Positions 1-9,671 of a stretch of DNA of 64,000 nt are shown piece by piece. This stretch comes from Armatimonadota bacterium (lineage in GTDB: Bacteria; Armatimonadota; Fimbriimonadia; Fimbriimonadales; GBS-DC), in the NCBI GenBank assembly GCA_037444405.1, contig JBBIML010000007.1, positions 32,001-96,000 on the forward strand, read 5' to 3'. Positions within the stretch are counted from its first letter, which is position 1; every line of letters begins with the position of its first letter. The translations under genes were made by a program, and so were the position numbers. The notes beneath the pieces are model-generated. The model saw only the letters and a list, made by a program, of their open reading frames with translations, did no database searches and was not told where the DNA came from.

Positions 1-743
<743 letters not shown>

Positions 744-767
744 CTACAGAGGCATCCTGCCCAGTCG

Positions 768-795
768 ATTGTACCCGCTCGATGCGGGGTACAAT
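768..795. promoter_or_regulatory. Back-to-back divergent -10 boxes (GGTACAAT on each strand) for pyrG and yjbQ
   Basis: attgtacc at 768-775 (minus) and ggtacaat at 788-795 (plus) form an inverted repeat. Confidence 0.6.
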
Positions 796-819
796 ATCTT
801 TACAGGGGGCGGTTTGGCG

Positions 820-1236
820 ATGGTCTATTCGGCGAGGTTCTCGGTGCAGACGCAGGGCAACGACGACATGCTCGACATCACGGGTCAGGTCGAGCAGGCG
901 CTTTTGCAGAGCGGGCTGCTGAACGGCATCGCGACGGTGTTCGTGGTCGGCTCCACCGTAGCCGTCACCACCATCGAGTACGAGCCAGGCTTGCAGCAGG
1001 ATATGGCGCGGGTGATGGAACGGATTGCGCCGCGCGACGAGTTCTATGCGCACGAAGCCCGCTGGAGAGATGATAACGGGCACTCGCATATCCGCGCCTC
1101 GATCCTGGGTCCCTCGCTCACGGTGCCCTTTGTGAACGGGCAGCTGGTGATTGGCACCTGGCAGCAGATTGTGCTGGTCGATTTCGACACGCGCCCGCGC
1201 ACCCGCACGGTGCATGTGCAGATTATCGGGGAGTGA
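820..1236 (+). CDS. yjbQ: YjbQ/UPF0047 family protein
   Basis: Motifs GSTxAxTTIEYEPGL, DDNGHSHIRASILGPS, GTWQQIVLVDFD. Confidence 0.9.
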   Translation: MVYSARFSVQTQGNDDMLDITGQVEQALLQSGLLNGIATVFVVGSTVAVTTIEYEPGLQQDMARVMERIAPRDEFYAHEARWRDDNGHSHIRASILGPSLTVPFVNGQLVIGTWQQIVLVDFDTRPRTRTVHVQIIGE

Positions 1237-1238
1237 GC

Positions 1239-1739
1239 ATGGAACGCGCCATTCAGGTCATCCATCAGTTATGTGAGGAAGGGCTGATTCGGCAGTACGC
1301 GCTGGGTGGCGCCGCTGCGCTCATGTTCTATACCGAGCCCGCCCTCACCTACGATGTGGATGTGTTCATTCTTATCGATGCGGGTGAAGCGCACCTTGTT
1401 TCGCTGACACCTCTCTATGAGTATCTGACGGCGCGAGGCTACGCGCCGCAGGGTGAGCAGGTGATAATCGAAGGCGTGCCCGTGCAGTTTATCGTCGCCT
1501 ACAATCCGCTGGTTATCGAAGCGGTGGAGCAGGCGCAATCGCATCGGCTGGGTCAAACTCATGTGCGCGTGATGACGCCAGAGCATCTGATCGCGATTGC
1601 GCTGCAAACAGGTCGCGCTAAGGATCGGGAGCGGGTGCGGTTGCTGATGGAGGGCGCTTCCATCGATGAAGCGCGCCTGCAGGATATTCTTCAGCGATAT
1701 AATCTTCGGGAACGCTGGCGATTTTTTCGTGGTGGATGA
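1239..1739 (+). CDS. Nucleotidyltransferase-like protein (possible TA component)
   Basis: YALGGAAAL...TYDVDVFI (GG/DxD motif); C-terminal TGRAKDRER. Confidence 0.7.
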   Translation: MERAIQVIHQLCEEGLIRQYALGGAAALMFYTEPALTYDVDVFILIDAGEAHLVSLTPLYEYLTARGYAPQGEQVIIEGVPVQFIVAYNPLVIEAVEQAQSHRLGQTHVRVMTPEHLIAIALQTGRAKDRERVRLLMEGASIDEARLQDILQRYNLRERWRFFRGG

Positions 1740-1968
1740 GGTGAGCCAGTCGCCTGTCCTGCCTGGGCGGGACGCCCAGGCTACTTGCGATACTCTGCCG
1801 CCGCAGCTGCAACACGCTATCGAGAGCGACCGCCGCTGGCGTGAGCATCTGCGCGCGTTGCCCGTCGAAGCGAAGATTCAGATTATCATTGAGATGCAGC
1901 GCTGGGCGCAGGCGATTCGGTCGGCGGCAGGAAAACCGTCCAGACCTGTGTGGGAGGAGCGAAAATGA
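1732..1968 (+). CDS. Small hypothetical protein coupled to the nucleotidyltransferase
   Basis: GTG overlaps the upstream stop region; own stop overlaps pdxH ATG; helical LPVEAKIQIIIEMQ segment. Confidence 0.55.
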   Translation: MDEVSQSPVLPGRDAQATCDTLPPQLQHAIESDRRWREHLRALPVEAKIQIIIEMQRWAQAIRSAAGKPSRPVWEERK

Positions 1969-2600
1969 ACCTGTTCTCACGCGTGGAGTATAATCGCGAG
2001 CCGCTGCTGGAGACGGAAGTGGACCCTGACCCGATTCGCCAGCTGGAGCGCTGGCTGAAAGAGGCGATGGAGGCGCAGGTGGTCGAGCCGAACGCGATAT
2101 GTGTGGCGACGGTGGACGAATCGGGGTATCCCGACGCGCGGTTTGTGCTGTTGCGCGGGCTGGACGAGCGCGGGCTGGTGTTCTACACGCACGCCCATAG
2201 CGCCAAAGGGCGCCAGCTGAGCCACAACCCGCGCGCATGCGCCGTATTCTGGTGGGGCGCGCTGCAGCGGCAGGTGCGCGTTCAGGGCACAGTCGAGCCA
2301 GTAAGCGACGCGGAAGCCGACGACTATTTCGCCTCGCGCCCGCGCGGGCATCAGCTGGCGGCGTGGGTCTCGCCCCAGAGCCAGCCGATTCCCAATCGGC
2401 AGGTGCTGGAGGAGCGCATGGCGCAGATGGAGCGCCGGTATGAGGGTCAGCCTGTGCCGCGCCCGCCGTACTGGGTGGGCTATCGCATCGTGCCGCAGCG
2501 CATCGAGTTCTGGCAGGGTCGCCCCAACCGTCTGCATGACCGCCTGCTTTACACGCGCCAGCCCGACGGCATATGGCGCATCGAACGCCTCGCCCCTTAG
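1965..2600 (+). CDS. pdxH: Pyridoxamine 5'-phosphate oxidase
   Basis: EPNA, RQVRVQG, EFWQGRPNRLHDR, RLAP C-terminus. Confidence 0.96.
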   Translation: MNLFSRVEYNREPLLETEVDPDPIRQLERWLKEAMEAQVVEPNAICVATVDESGYPDARFVLLRGLDERGLVFYTHAHSAKGRQLSHNPRACAVFWWGALQRQVRVQGTVEPVSDAEADDYFASRPRGHQLAAWVSPQSQPIPNRQVLEERMAQMERRYEGQPVPRPPYWVGYRIVPQRIEFWQGRPNRLHDRLLYTRQPDGIWRIERLAP

Positions 2601-2616
2601 GTATAATCTCTTCAGC

Positions 2617-3690
2617 ATGGCAACGATAACGCGCGAGCAGGTACTGGACACGCTCCGAACTATTGTTGACCCCGACCTCCATCGCGACATCGTTTCGCTG
2701 GGGTTCGTGAAGGATGTGGTCATTTGCGACGGCGCGGTCAAAGTGGTGATCGAGCTGACCACGCCCGCGTGCCCCGTGCGCGACCAGATGAAGGCGCAGG
2801 CGGAAACGCTATTGCGTGCCCTGCCCGGTGTCACCGCTGTGAATGTGGAGATGACCGCGCAGGTGCGCCAGCGCATGATGACGCCCGAAGATATCCTGCC
2901 GAATGTCAAGCACATCGTGGCGATTGCCAGCGGCAAGGGTGGTGTGGGCAAATCGACGGTGGCGGTCAATCTGGCGGTCGCGCTGGCGCAAACGGGCGCC
3001 AGGGTGGGGCTGCTGGACGCCGATGTGTACGGTCCCAGCATCCCCAAGATGCTCGGCTGCCAGCACGAGAAGCCGCTGGTCGAATCGCAGCAGATTATCC
3101 CGATTCGGCGGTACGGGCTATCGGTGATGTCGCTGGGCTTCCTGCTGGAGGAGGATCAGGCGGCGATGTGGCGCGGTCCGATTGTGGCGGGCACGGTGCG
3201 CCAGCTGTTTGTGGATGTGCGCTGGGGCGAGCTGGACTACCTGATTGTTGACCTGCCACCGGGCACGGGCGACGCGCCGATGACCACCGCGCAGCTGGTG
3301 CCGCTCACGGGCGTGGTGATTGTGATGACCCCGCAGGAGGTGGCAGCCAGCATCGCGGGCAAGTCGGTCGCCCTGTTCCGCCGGCTGAACGCGCCGATTT
3401 TGGGCGTGATCGAGAACATGGGCGAGTTCGTCTGCCCGCACTGTGGCGAGCGCACGCTCATCTTTCCCGGTCCGGGCGCACGACGGTTCGCCGAACGGCT
3501 CGGTGTACCATTTCTGGGCACCGTTCCGCTCGATCCTGTGGTGAGCCTCTCCAGCGATGCCGGTCAGCCCGCAATCTTAGCTGCGCCCGACTCGGCACAG
3601 GCGCAGGCGTTCCGCGAAATCGCAGGCAAGCTCGCCGCCGAAATCAGTATCACCAGCTTCGGCAGTGGGGATTCAGCTGCGGAGGCATAG
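2617..3690 (+). CDS. mrp: Mrp/ApbC/NBP35 Fe-S carrier ATPase with N-terminal DUF59-like domain
   Basis: SGKGGVGKST, DADVYGPS, DLPPGTGD, CPHC; N-terminal DPDLHRDIVSLG and TTPACP. Confidence 0.93.
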   Translation: MATITREQVLDTLRTIVDPDLHRDIVSLGFVKDVVICDGAVKVVIELTTPACPVRDQMKAQAETLLRALPGVTAVNVEMTAQVRQRMMTPEDILPNVKHIVAIASGKGGVGKSTVAVNLAVALAQTGARVGLLDADVYGPSIPKMLGCQHEKPLVESQQIIPIRRYGLSVMSLGFLLEEDQAAMWRGPIVAGTVRQLFVDVRWGELDYLIVDLPPGTGDAPMTTAQLVPLTGVVIVMTPQEVAASIAGKSVALFRRLNAPILGVIENMGEFVCPHCGERTLIFPGPGARRFAERLGVPFLGTVPLDPVVSLSSDAGQPAILAAPDSAQAQAFREIAGKLAAEISITSFGSGDSAAEA

Positions 3691-3698
3691 TGGAGCCT

Positions 3699-3730
3699 GT
3701 GCAGGGGTGTTCTTCGGAACACCCCTGCAC
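3699..3730. terminator. Perfect 14-bp hairpin with UUCG loop between convergent genes
   Basis: gtgcaggggtgttc-ttcg-gaacacccctgcac. Confidence 0.65.
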
Positions 3731-3736
3731 CTCGAT

Positions 3737-6274
3737 TTACGGGCACGCGATGCGTCGGATCACGATGTGATCCACACCCGCCTCGCAAATGGAGTCGTTC
3801 GGGTTGTCGCTGGTGCCGAAGCGGATGCGCACCTGTGCGCTGGGCGTTACATAATCGCCGATACGGAAGCTGCGCCGAATCCACTGGTTCTCACTGCCTG
3901 TGAAGCTCACGGTCTCCACGCGCACCCATGAGGCGCCGTTGTTGTTGGACACCTCCACGAAGAAGGTGTCGTTGATGACCGTTCCGTTGTAGAACCAGCG
4001 GTAGTACTCCACGATGGCGTCGCTGCCCTGCAGGTTGATGATAGGCGAGATGAGGTAGGTGGGTCCACCGTCCACATCGGCTTCACCTACCGAGCCGCCG
4101 ACGCTACCCTGCCCCGTGAAGAAGCAGCGCGAACCCGTATCAGGCGAATCGGCGCCAGGGTTGGCAGGCAGACCGTTCTGGGTTGTGCCACGCGGGATGT
4201 CGCGCACCCACGCGCCAGTTGTCAGGTTCTGATTCTGCACTGTCCAGCCCAGGTCGGTCTCGGCAGTGTCTTCGAGGATGGTTACCAGCCCTGACGCGAC
4301 CAGCACCGACAGCGCGTCGTTCTGACCGCCACGCGGGTAGTAGGTGACGCGCCCCTGTGTGTCGTAGGCTTCGATGTAGTACCGCACCGTGCTGCCGCAG
4401 GCGGGCACGGGGATCGCCGCGATGTAGCGGTCGCCTGCCATCCAGCGCATTGCCACCTGCTGATAGGCGCCTCGATTGATCGAGTAGCGCAGGAAGACCC
4501 GATTGCGGTCGGGCTGACCGCTCAGCGGGCTGACGCGCACCACGAAGCGCATCAGCGGCAGCCAGCTGCCCTGCGCGGGTGCAACCACCGAATCGGGCAA
4601 CTGCAGCGGGTCGATGCGCACCCAGTCGATCTGCGGCGCGGGCAGATTGTGGCGCGAGAAGCCCTCGTTAATCTGGAAGTAGTGCGGCGTGCCGTTGTAG
4701 ATGTTGTTATCGTCGTCGTCCAGCGTCAGCACATCGATGGTGATCTGGGGTGAAATGCCGCTCGGACGCAGCAAGATGCTGTTGAGGTACCACTCGCGCA
4801 CCTTCTGCAGCGCAAAGCTCGGATTGTTGCTGTAGCGCTGGCGCATCGACAGATAGGTCTGCCAGAACGCCCCGCTGATCACCTGCCCGCAGTAATGCAC
4901 CTCGCCCGAGCAGGGATAGCGCACATCGTTGACCGAGTTGCGCAGACAGCCAGTGCCGATGCCGCGAAACTCGATGGCTAAACAGGGGTCATCCGCCAGA
5001 AGGGCTGCCGTCACATCCGCCATGCCCTCATGGTAGTCGCCGGTAGCGTTCGGATGACCCATCTCGATGATGAAGTGCCCGTATTCGTGATAAATCACGG
5101 TGGAATACGCCGTGTTCACACAGCCGCCGCCAGAGCGATAGAAGTTAATCGTGCGGCTCGAGTAGTAGGCGTTGCAGGTGCTGTTGATGTTCACATTGCA
5201 GGGGATTTGATAGTCTATTCCGGGATAAGCGGGGTTGATGGCGTCGGCGAAGTTGTGGACAATCTGCGTTTGCAGGAAGCCGTTCACCTGCGCCGTGTTG
5301 AGTTCCACCCGCTCGGTGTTGAAGATGAAGTCGGCGGGTCCCGGTGGAGTCACGGTCTGTTGCAGGGAGAGCGTCGTGCCTGCCTGGTTCACCACGCGCA
5401 CCCAGGGACCGATCAGGTCTGCTCGCACGGTTACGCTGCCTGTGCCGTCGAACGGCAGAGTGAAGAAACCGTTCGCGTCCGTGTAGGTGCTGGAGCCGCC
5501 CACGATGGACACACGCAGTTGCGGCATCGGCATCAGCACGGGCGGGTTCTGGCTGTGGTCGGGGCGCAAACCGGGCGTCGCATAGCCCTGCACGCTACCC
5601 GTGATGTCCACGAAATAGACCTCCGAGCGCCACTCCAGAATCGCGCCGCTGTGTGCATCGATGAACGCGCGATAGCGTTCCGGCTGCTCCAGCCGATGCG
5701 AATCGACGGTCAGCACCCATGCCAGGTGGGTGCGTTCCTCTCCGGGATAGATAATCAGCTCGGGTTGGGTCTCCTGATGGAGATCGGGGCGAAGCTTGCG
5801 AATCAGTTCGCTGGCTTCGTCCGCAGTGAGGCTCGGCTTGAGCGAAACGGGTTCCACGAAGCGCACCGCATTGCTTGCCAACACCAGTGGGTGGTCAGGC
5901 GTGTTGCGCACCAGCAGGGTCAGCTCGCCCCGATCGACGGGGATGCCCTGCACCTGCTGCTGGAAATAGACCGCCGTGAAGCGAGGCGGCATCACCGGTT
6001 GCGTGCCCGTCAGCACCAGCTCGCTGGCGCCCGGTGTGAACAGCCCGCTATAGCGCGCCACGAACGCCAGCGCCGCCTCCTCGGGCGAGGAGCCATAGCC
6101 GAACGGCACGCCCCAGATGCGCCGCAGTGCCGTGCCCTCTTCATAAAGCAACACGCCCGGCGCTTCTTTCTGCAACTGCTCCGCGAGTTGTCGGCGCACC
6201 TGCAGCGATTCAGGCGTTTGCGCCCATGCGCCGACCAGTAAGCCGATTAGCGCGATAGACAGCCATCGTCTCAT
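3737..6274 (-). CDS. Secreted thermolysin/fungalysin-like (M4/M36) zinc metallopeptidase with propeptide and C-terminal beta domains
   Basis: Signal peptide, FTP/PepSY-like propeptide, CNAYY, HEYGH...HEGMAD zinc motifs. Confidence 0.75.
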   Translation of the reverse strand: MRRWLSIALIGLLVGAWAQTPESLQVRRQLAEQLQKEAPGVLLYEEGTALRRIWGVPFGYGSSPEEAALAFVARYSGLFTPGASELVLTGTQPVMPPRFTAVYFQQQVQGIPVDRGELTLLVRNTPDHPLVLASNAVRFVEPVSLKPSLTADEASELIRKLRPDLHQETQPELIIYPGEERTHLAWVLTVDSHRLEQPERYRAFIDAHSGAILEWRSEVYFVDITGSVQGYATPGLRPDHSQNPPVLMPMPQLRVSIVGGSSTYTDANGFFTLPFDGTGSVTVRADLIGPWVRVVNQAGTTLSLQQTVTPPGPADFIFNTERVELNTAQVNGFLQTQIVHNFADAINPAYPGIDYQIPCNVNINSTCNAYYSSRTINFYRSGGGCVNTAYSTVIYHEYGHFIIEMGHPNATGDYHEGMADVTAALLADDPCLAIEFRGIGTGCLRNSVNDVRYPCSGEVHYCGQVISGAFWQTYLSMRQRYSNNPSFALQKVREWYLNSILLRPSGISPQITIDVLTLDDDDNNIYNGTPHYFQINEGFSRHNLPAPQIDWVRIDPLQLPDSVVAPAQGSWLPLMRFVVRVSPLSGQPDRNRVFLRYSINRGAYQQVAMRWMAGDRYIAAIPVPACGSTVRYYIEAYDTQGRVTYYPRGGQNDALSVLVASGLVTILEDTAETDLGWTVQNQNLTTGAWVRDIPRGTTQNGLPANPGADSPDTGSRCFFTGQGSVGGSVGEADVDGGPTYLISPIINLQGSDAIVEYYRWFYNGTVINDTFFVEVSNNNGASWVRVETVSFTGSENQWIRRSFRIGDYVTPSAQVRIRFGTSDNPNDSICEAGVDHIVIRRIACP

Positions 6275-6338
6275 ATTAATGCCCTCCATAATGGGGATTA
6301 TACATCACTTTGATGATGGACGGCTGAAAACCTCTCGC

Positions 6339-6782
6339 TTAAGGGCGTGCCAGCAGTGTTGCAATGCTGCCCAGCGCGAGCCACGCCAGCGAGATGTATA
6401 AGCAGGAGAAGAAAATCGCACCGATTTTGAGGGCGAGGATCAGATAGCCGACCCGGATGCCCTGCGCTGGTCGCCGCCCATCGGCGATCTCCTGCGCCAT
6501 CAGCACCGCATCGACAATCCCGTACACCCACGGTATCACCAGCCAGCCTGTAAGAAAGATAATGATTGCCTTGATGTAATCGCCGTTGTACAGTTGTCCC
6601 AGCCCGGGCACCAGCAACGCAAAGATGAAGGCGGTGAGCGTGCTGTGCTGTTCGTGGTTGGCAGCGCACGCTTCGCAGTAGGGGCGCGTGTTCACACGCA
6701 CCGTGCAGACCTCACAGAGGGGCTGATGGCAGTCGGTGCATTCGGCGATGGCGGGCGTGTGCGGGTGCAGGAAGCAGTTCAT
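6339..6782 (-). CDS. B-box-like zinc finger plus TM2-like membrane protein
   Basis: CxxH..CxxC..LCxxC..YCxxC; PGLGQLYNG followed by hydrophobic helices. Confidence 0.7.
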   Translation of the reverse strand: MNCFLHPHTPAIAECTDCHQPLCEVCTVRVNTRPYCEACAANHEQHSTLTAFIFALLVPGLGQLYNGDYIKAIIIFLTGWLVIPWVYGIVDAVLMAQEIADGRRPAQGIRVGYLILALKIGAIFFSCLYISLAWLALGSIATLLARP

Positions 6783-7519
6783 CGCTGTCCTCGCCTTGCA
6801 CGGTCGGTGAGCGGCTTAACCCATGCGCCACACAGGGGGCAATATTTCCAGTCGGGCTGCAGCGCGTAGTGGCACCTGGGGCACTGCAGCGGCTGGTCAG
6901 GCGGCACGGTGCGGTTGGGCGTGGTGCGTGGCTGCGCCCGCGAACCGCGAATCGAGCCGCGAATCGAGCCGCCGGGCGAAGGAATCGGCACAGTGCCCGC
7001 CTTCAGGCGCGGTGGCTCGGCAGGCATAATCCGATAGCCACGCTCCGTGCGCTCCCAGCGCAGACCTGTATTCCTGCACAGCGCGTCCAGCACCTGCTCC
7101 AGCGGCATCGTGGGCAGGTTCAGGTTATAACGCAACTCTGGCGTGCCGGGCGCGATTTCTATCCTGATTCCTGTCCCCGCTTCGAGGGCGCGCGCCACAT
7201 CCGTCAGCTTCATCCCCGTGCCAGAAAGCTTAATGCTGGGGCTGGTGTGAACCGCCTTCGGTCGCTGCTGGGGCTGGCGCGGCAGGATCAGGTAGACCCC
7301 ATCGCGCACGCTGAAGCGCGTATCGGTCGCCTCGCACAGCAGCTGCAACGCCTTCAGGAAGGGCACTTCACGCAGGGTGAGGTAGAGAGGGCGCTCCAGC
7401 GCGACATGCAGCACGAAGGGCGTGCCCGCCTGACGGAACAGCTCAACGAACACCTCGCGTGCATCAGTGCCCTTTGCCTCCAGTGTGATGCGCGGTTCAG
7501 ATGGTGTTGTCTGTCTCAT
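6779..7519 (-). CDS. Protein with two secretin/STN-like N-domains and a C-terminal zinc ribbon
   Basis: Two repeats of LxLxxVPxxxALxxLC; CPRC...WKYCPLCG. Confidence 0.6.
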   Translation of the reverse strand: MRQTTPSEPRITLEAKGTDAREVFVELFRQAGTPFVLHVALERPLYLTLREVPFLKALQLLCEATDTRFSVRDGVYLILPRQPQQRPKAVHTSPSIKLSGTGMKLTDVARALEAGTGIRIEIAPGTPELRYNLNLPTMPLEQVLDALCRNTGLRWERTERGYRIMPAEPPRLKAGTVPIPSPGGSIRGSIRGSRAQPRTTPNRTVPPDQPLQCPRCHYALQPDWKYCPLCGAWVKPLTDRARRGQR

Positions 7520-8091
7520 CGCGTCCCCCGCACATGGTCGCGTCGGATCAGTTGACCCGATTCGTCATAGACTTCAACGGTTCCTTCTGGCGGCGTAGCG
7601 GGTTTGGTCGCGTTCTGGATGGTTCGCTTCTTGCGTGCAGCGGGTTTTGTGGTTGTGCGTTTGACCCCCTTACCCGTACCCTCTCCCCCGCTGGGGAAGA
7701 GGGTTTTAGAAAGCTGGGGAGAGAGTCGCGGTGAGGCATCAGCTCCCCTCTCCTGCAGCGTCGGGAGAGGGGCAGGGGGTGAGGGTCTAACGGAATCTGA
7801 CGCCACGCGAGCCAGCCACAGCCCGCTGCCAAGCCCCAGCACTGTTAGCGTTAACAGCAGGGCAACCTGCCAGCGGCGCGGGCGAGCGGGCAGCATATCT
7901 GGCTCCAGTGGCAACCCTTTTTGGAGCGATTCGAGGGCGCAGGCGGCTCTGGCGTACTCGGCGCGACAGCCGATGCATCGCGTTAGATGCGCCTCTATCG
8001 ACGCCCGCCGACGGTCGGATAGCGTGCCGTCCAGATATTGCCAGCGATGCCGGCGCACCCGCCTGCAGTCCAGCCGTGCCAGCCAGCCCAT
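7516..8091 (-). CDS. zf-HC2 anti-sigma-like membrane protein
   Basis: C...YLDG...HLTRCIGC (HxxxCxxC) then one TM helix; ATG 8091 downstream of GGTACACT. Confidence 0.7.
   Translation of the reverse strand: MGWLARLDCRRVRRHRWQYLDGTLSDRRRASIEAHLTRCIGCRAEYARAACALESLQKGLPLEPDMLPARPRRWQVALLLTLTVLGLGSGLWLARVASDSVRPSPPAPLPTLQERGADASPRLSPQLSKTLFPSGGEGTGKGVKRTTTKPAARKKRTIQNATKPATPPEGTVEVYDESGQLIRRDHVRGTR
7664..7787. repeat. Inverted doublet of CCCTCACCCC..CCCTCTCCC..GGGAGAGGG REP-like palindrome, inside the anti-sigma CDS
   Basis: Same architecture as intergenic copies at 11444-11484 and 59713-59804. Confidence 0.75.
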
Positions 8092-8134
8092 AATGCACCC
8101 CTTAGTGTACCCGTCGGGTATTCTATACCCCACT

Positions 8135-9568
8135 ATGGGCGTTCCGCAGATCAAGTTCGGCACGGAAGGCTGGCGCGGCGTGATTGCCGACGATTTCACG
8201 GTGGCGAATGTGCGCCTGGTGGTGCATGCGATTGCCCGCCACCTGCAGGAGGCGAAGCCACCGGGCGAGGGCGTGCTGGTCGCCTACGACTGTCGGGCGC
8301 AGTCGGAGGTGTTCGCGCAGGCAGCGGCAGCGGTGCTGAGTTCGTACGGCTTCCCCGTGTGGCTGACGCCCCGCCCCGTATCGTCGCCCGCTGCCGCCTA
8401 TGCGGTCATCAGTAATCAGCTGCAAGGAGCTGTCATCTTCACCGCCAGCCATAACCCGCCCATCTTTCACGGCATCAAGTTCAAGCCCCACTACGGCGGC
8501 GCCGCGCTGACCGACATCACCGATAGCATCGAGCGCCAGCTCCAGGCGCTGCTGCCCGATTATGAGCGCTACACCGAGCCTGTGGAACCTAGCGACTCCA
8601 TTCGCACGCTGGACCCCGTGCCCGACTATCTGGAAGCCCTCCACCAGTTCATTCAGCTGGATGAGCTGTACGAATCAGGCTATCGCGTGGTGACGGACGC
8701 GATGCACGGCTCCGGCGCAGGCTACCTGAAGGCGGTGCTGACCCGACTGGGGCTGGAGGTTCATGCCCTGCGCGAGGAACGCAACCCCTGGTTCGGCGGC
8801 GTCAATCCCGAACCGATCGCCGAGAATCTGCAGCCGCTTATTCACGCCGTGCGCCACACTAAAGCCGATATCGGCATCGCCATCGATGGCGACGGCGACC
8901 GCATCGGCGCGGTGGACGAACACGGCAACTTCGTGGACAGCCACCGCATCTTTGCCATCACGCTGCGCCATCTGGTGGAGAAGCGTGGCTGGCGCGGCGA
9001 GGTGGTCAAAACCTTCTCCGTGAGCCAGATTATCGACCACCTCTGTGCGCATTATAACCTGCCGCTGACCGTTGTGCCCATCGGCTTCAAGCACATCTGC
9101 GAGCGGATGCTCAACGGCGATGTGCTGATGGGCGGCGAGGAGAGCGGCGGCATCGGCATCACCCGCTATATGCTGGAGCGCGACGGCGTGATGATAGGAC
9201 TGATGCTGCTGGAGGCGATGGCAAGCAGTGGACGCACGCTCTCCCAGCTGGTGGACGATGTGTTCAGCATCACGGGCGCGTTCTACTACCACCGCATCGA
9301 TGCCCATTTTGAGCGGGAGCAGATGCCCGACCTGCGCCAGCAGCTCAAACGGCTTTCGCTCCAGCAGGCGCTGGATGTGCCTGTTATCCAGCGCGACGAT
9401 ATGGATGGGGTCAAGCACATCCTGGAGGACGGCTCGTGGCTGCTGTTGCGGGCGTCGGGCACGGAGCCTGTGGTGCGCATCTACGCGGAGGCGCAGACGC
9501 CCGAACGCGCCCGCCACCTCGCCGAAGAGGGACACCACATCCTCAAGCGGCTGGTCGGCATCGCCTGA
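8135..9568 (+). CDS. Phosphoglucomutase/phosphomannomutase
   Basis: FGTEGWRG, TASHNP, DGDGDR, GEESG, RASGTEP. Confidence 0.95.
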   Translation: MGVPQIKFGTEGWRGVIADDFTVANVRLVVHAIARHLQEAKPPGEGVLVAYDCRAQSEVFAQAAAAVLSSYGFPVWLTPRPVSSPAAAYAVISNQLQGAVIFTASHNPPIFHGIKFKPHYGGAALTDITDSIERQLQALLPDYERYTEPVEPSDSIRTLDPVPDYLEALHQFIQLDELYESGYRVVTDAMHGSGAGYLKAVLTRLGLEVHALREERNPWFGGVNPEPIAENLQPLIHAVRHTKADIGIAIDGDGDRIGAVDEHGNFVDSHRIFAITLRHLVEKRGWRGEVVKTFSVSQIIDHLCAHYNLPLTVVPIGFKHICERMLNGDVLMGGEESGGIGITRYMLERDGVMIGLMLLEAMASSGRTLSQLVDDVFSITGAFYYHRIDAHFEREQMPDLRQQLKRLSLQQALDVPVIQRDDMDGVKHILEDGSWLLLRASGTEPVVRIYAEAQTPERARHLAEEGHHILKRLVGIA

Positions 9569-9638
9569 GGCGCCCTCACCTTTACAAAAAAATGGTGGTC
9601 GTAAGTAGCGCGGGGTACAATATCATTCTATCAACAGG

Positions 9639-9654
9639 CGACTGACCAGTCGGT
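9639..9654. promoter_or_regulatory. Putative TetR-type operator upstream of acyl-CoA ligase
   Basis: cgactg-ac-cagtcg perfect inverted repeat between -10 (TACAAT 9616-9621) and RBS AAGGAG. Confidence 0.45.
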
Positions 9655-9671
9655 AAGGAGTGTGAGCGATT

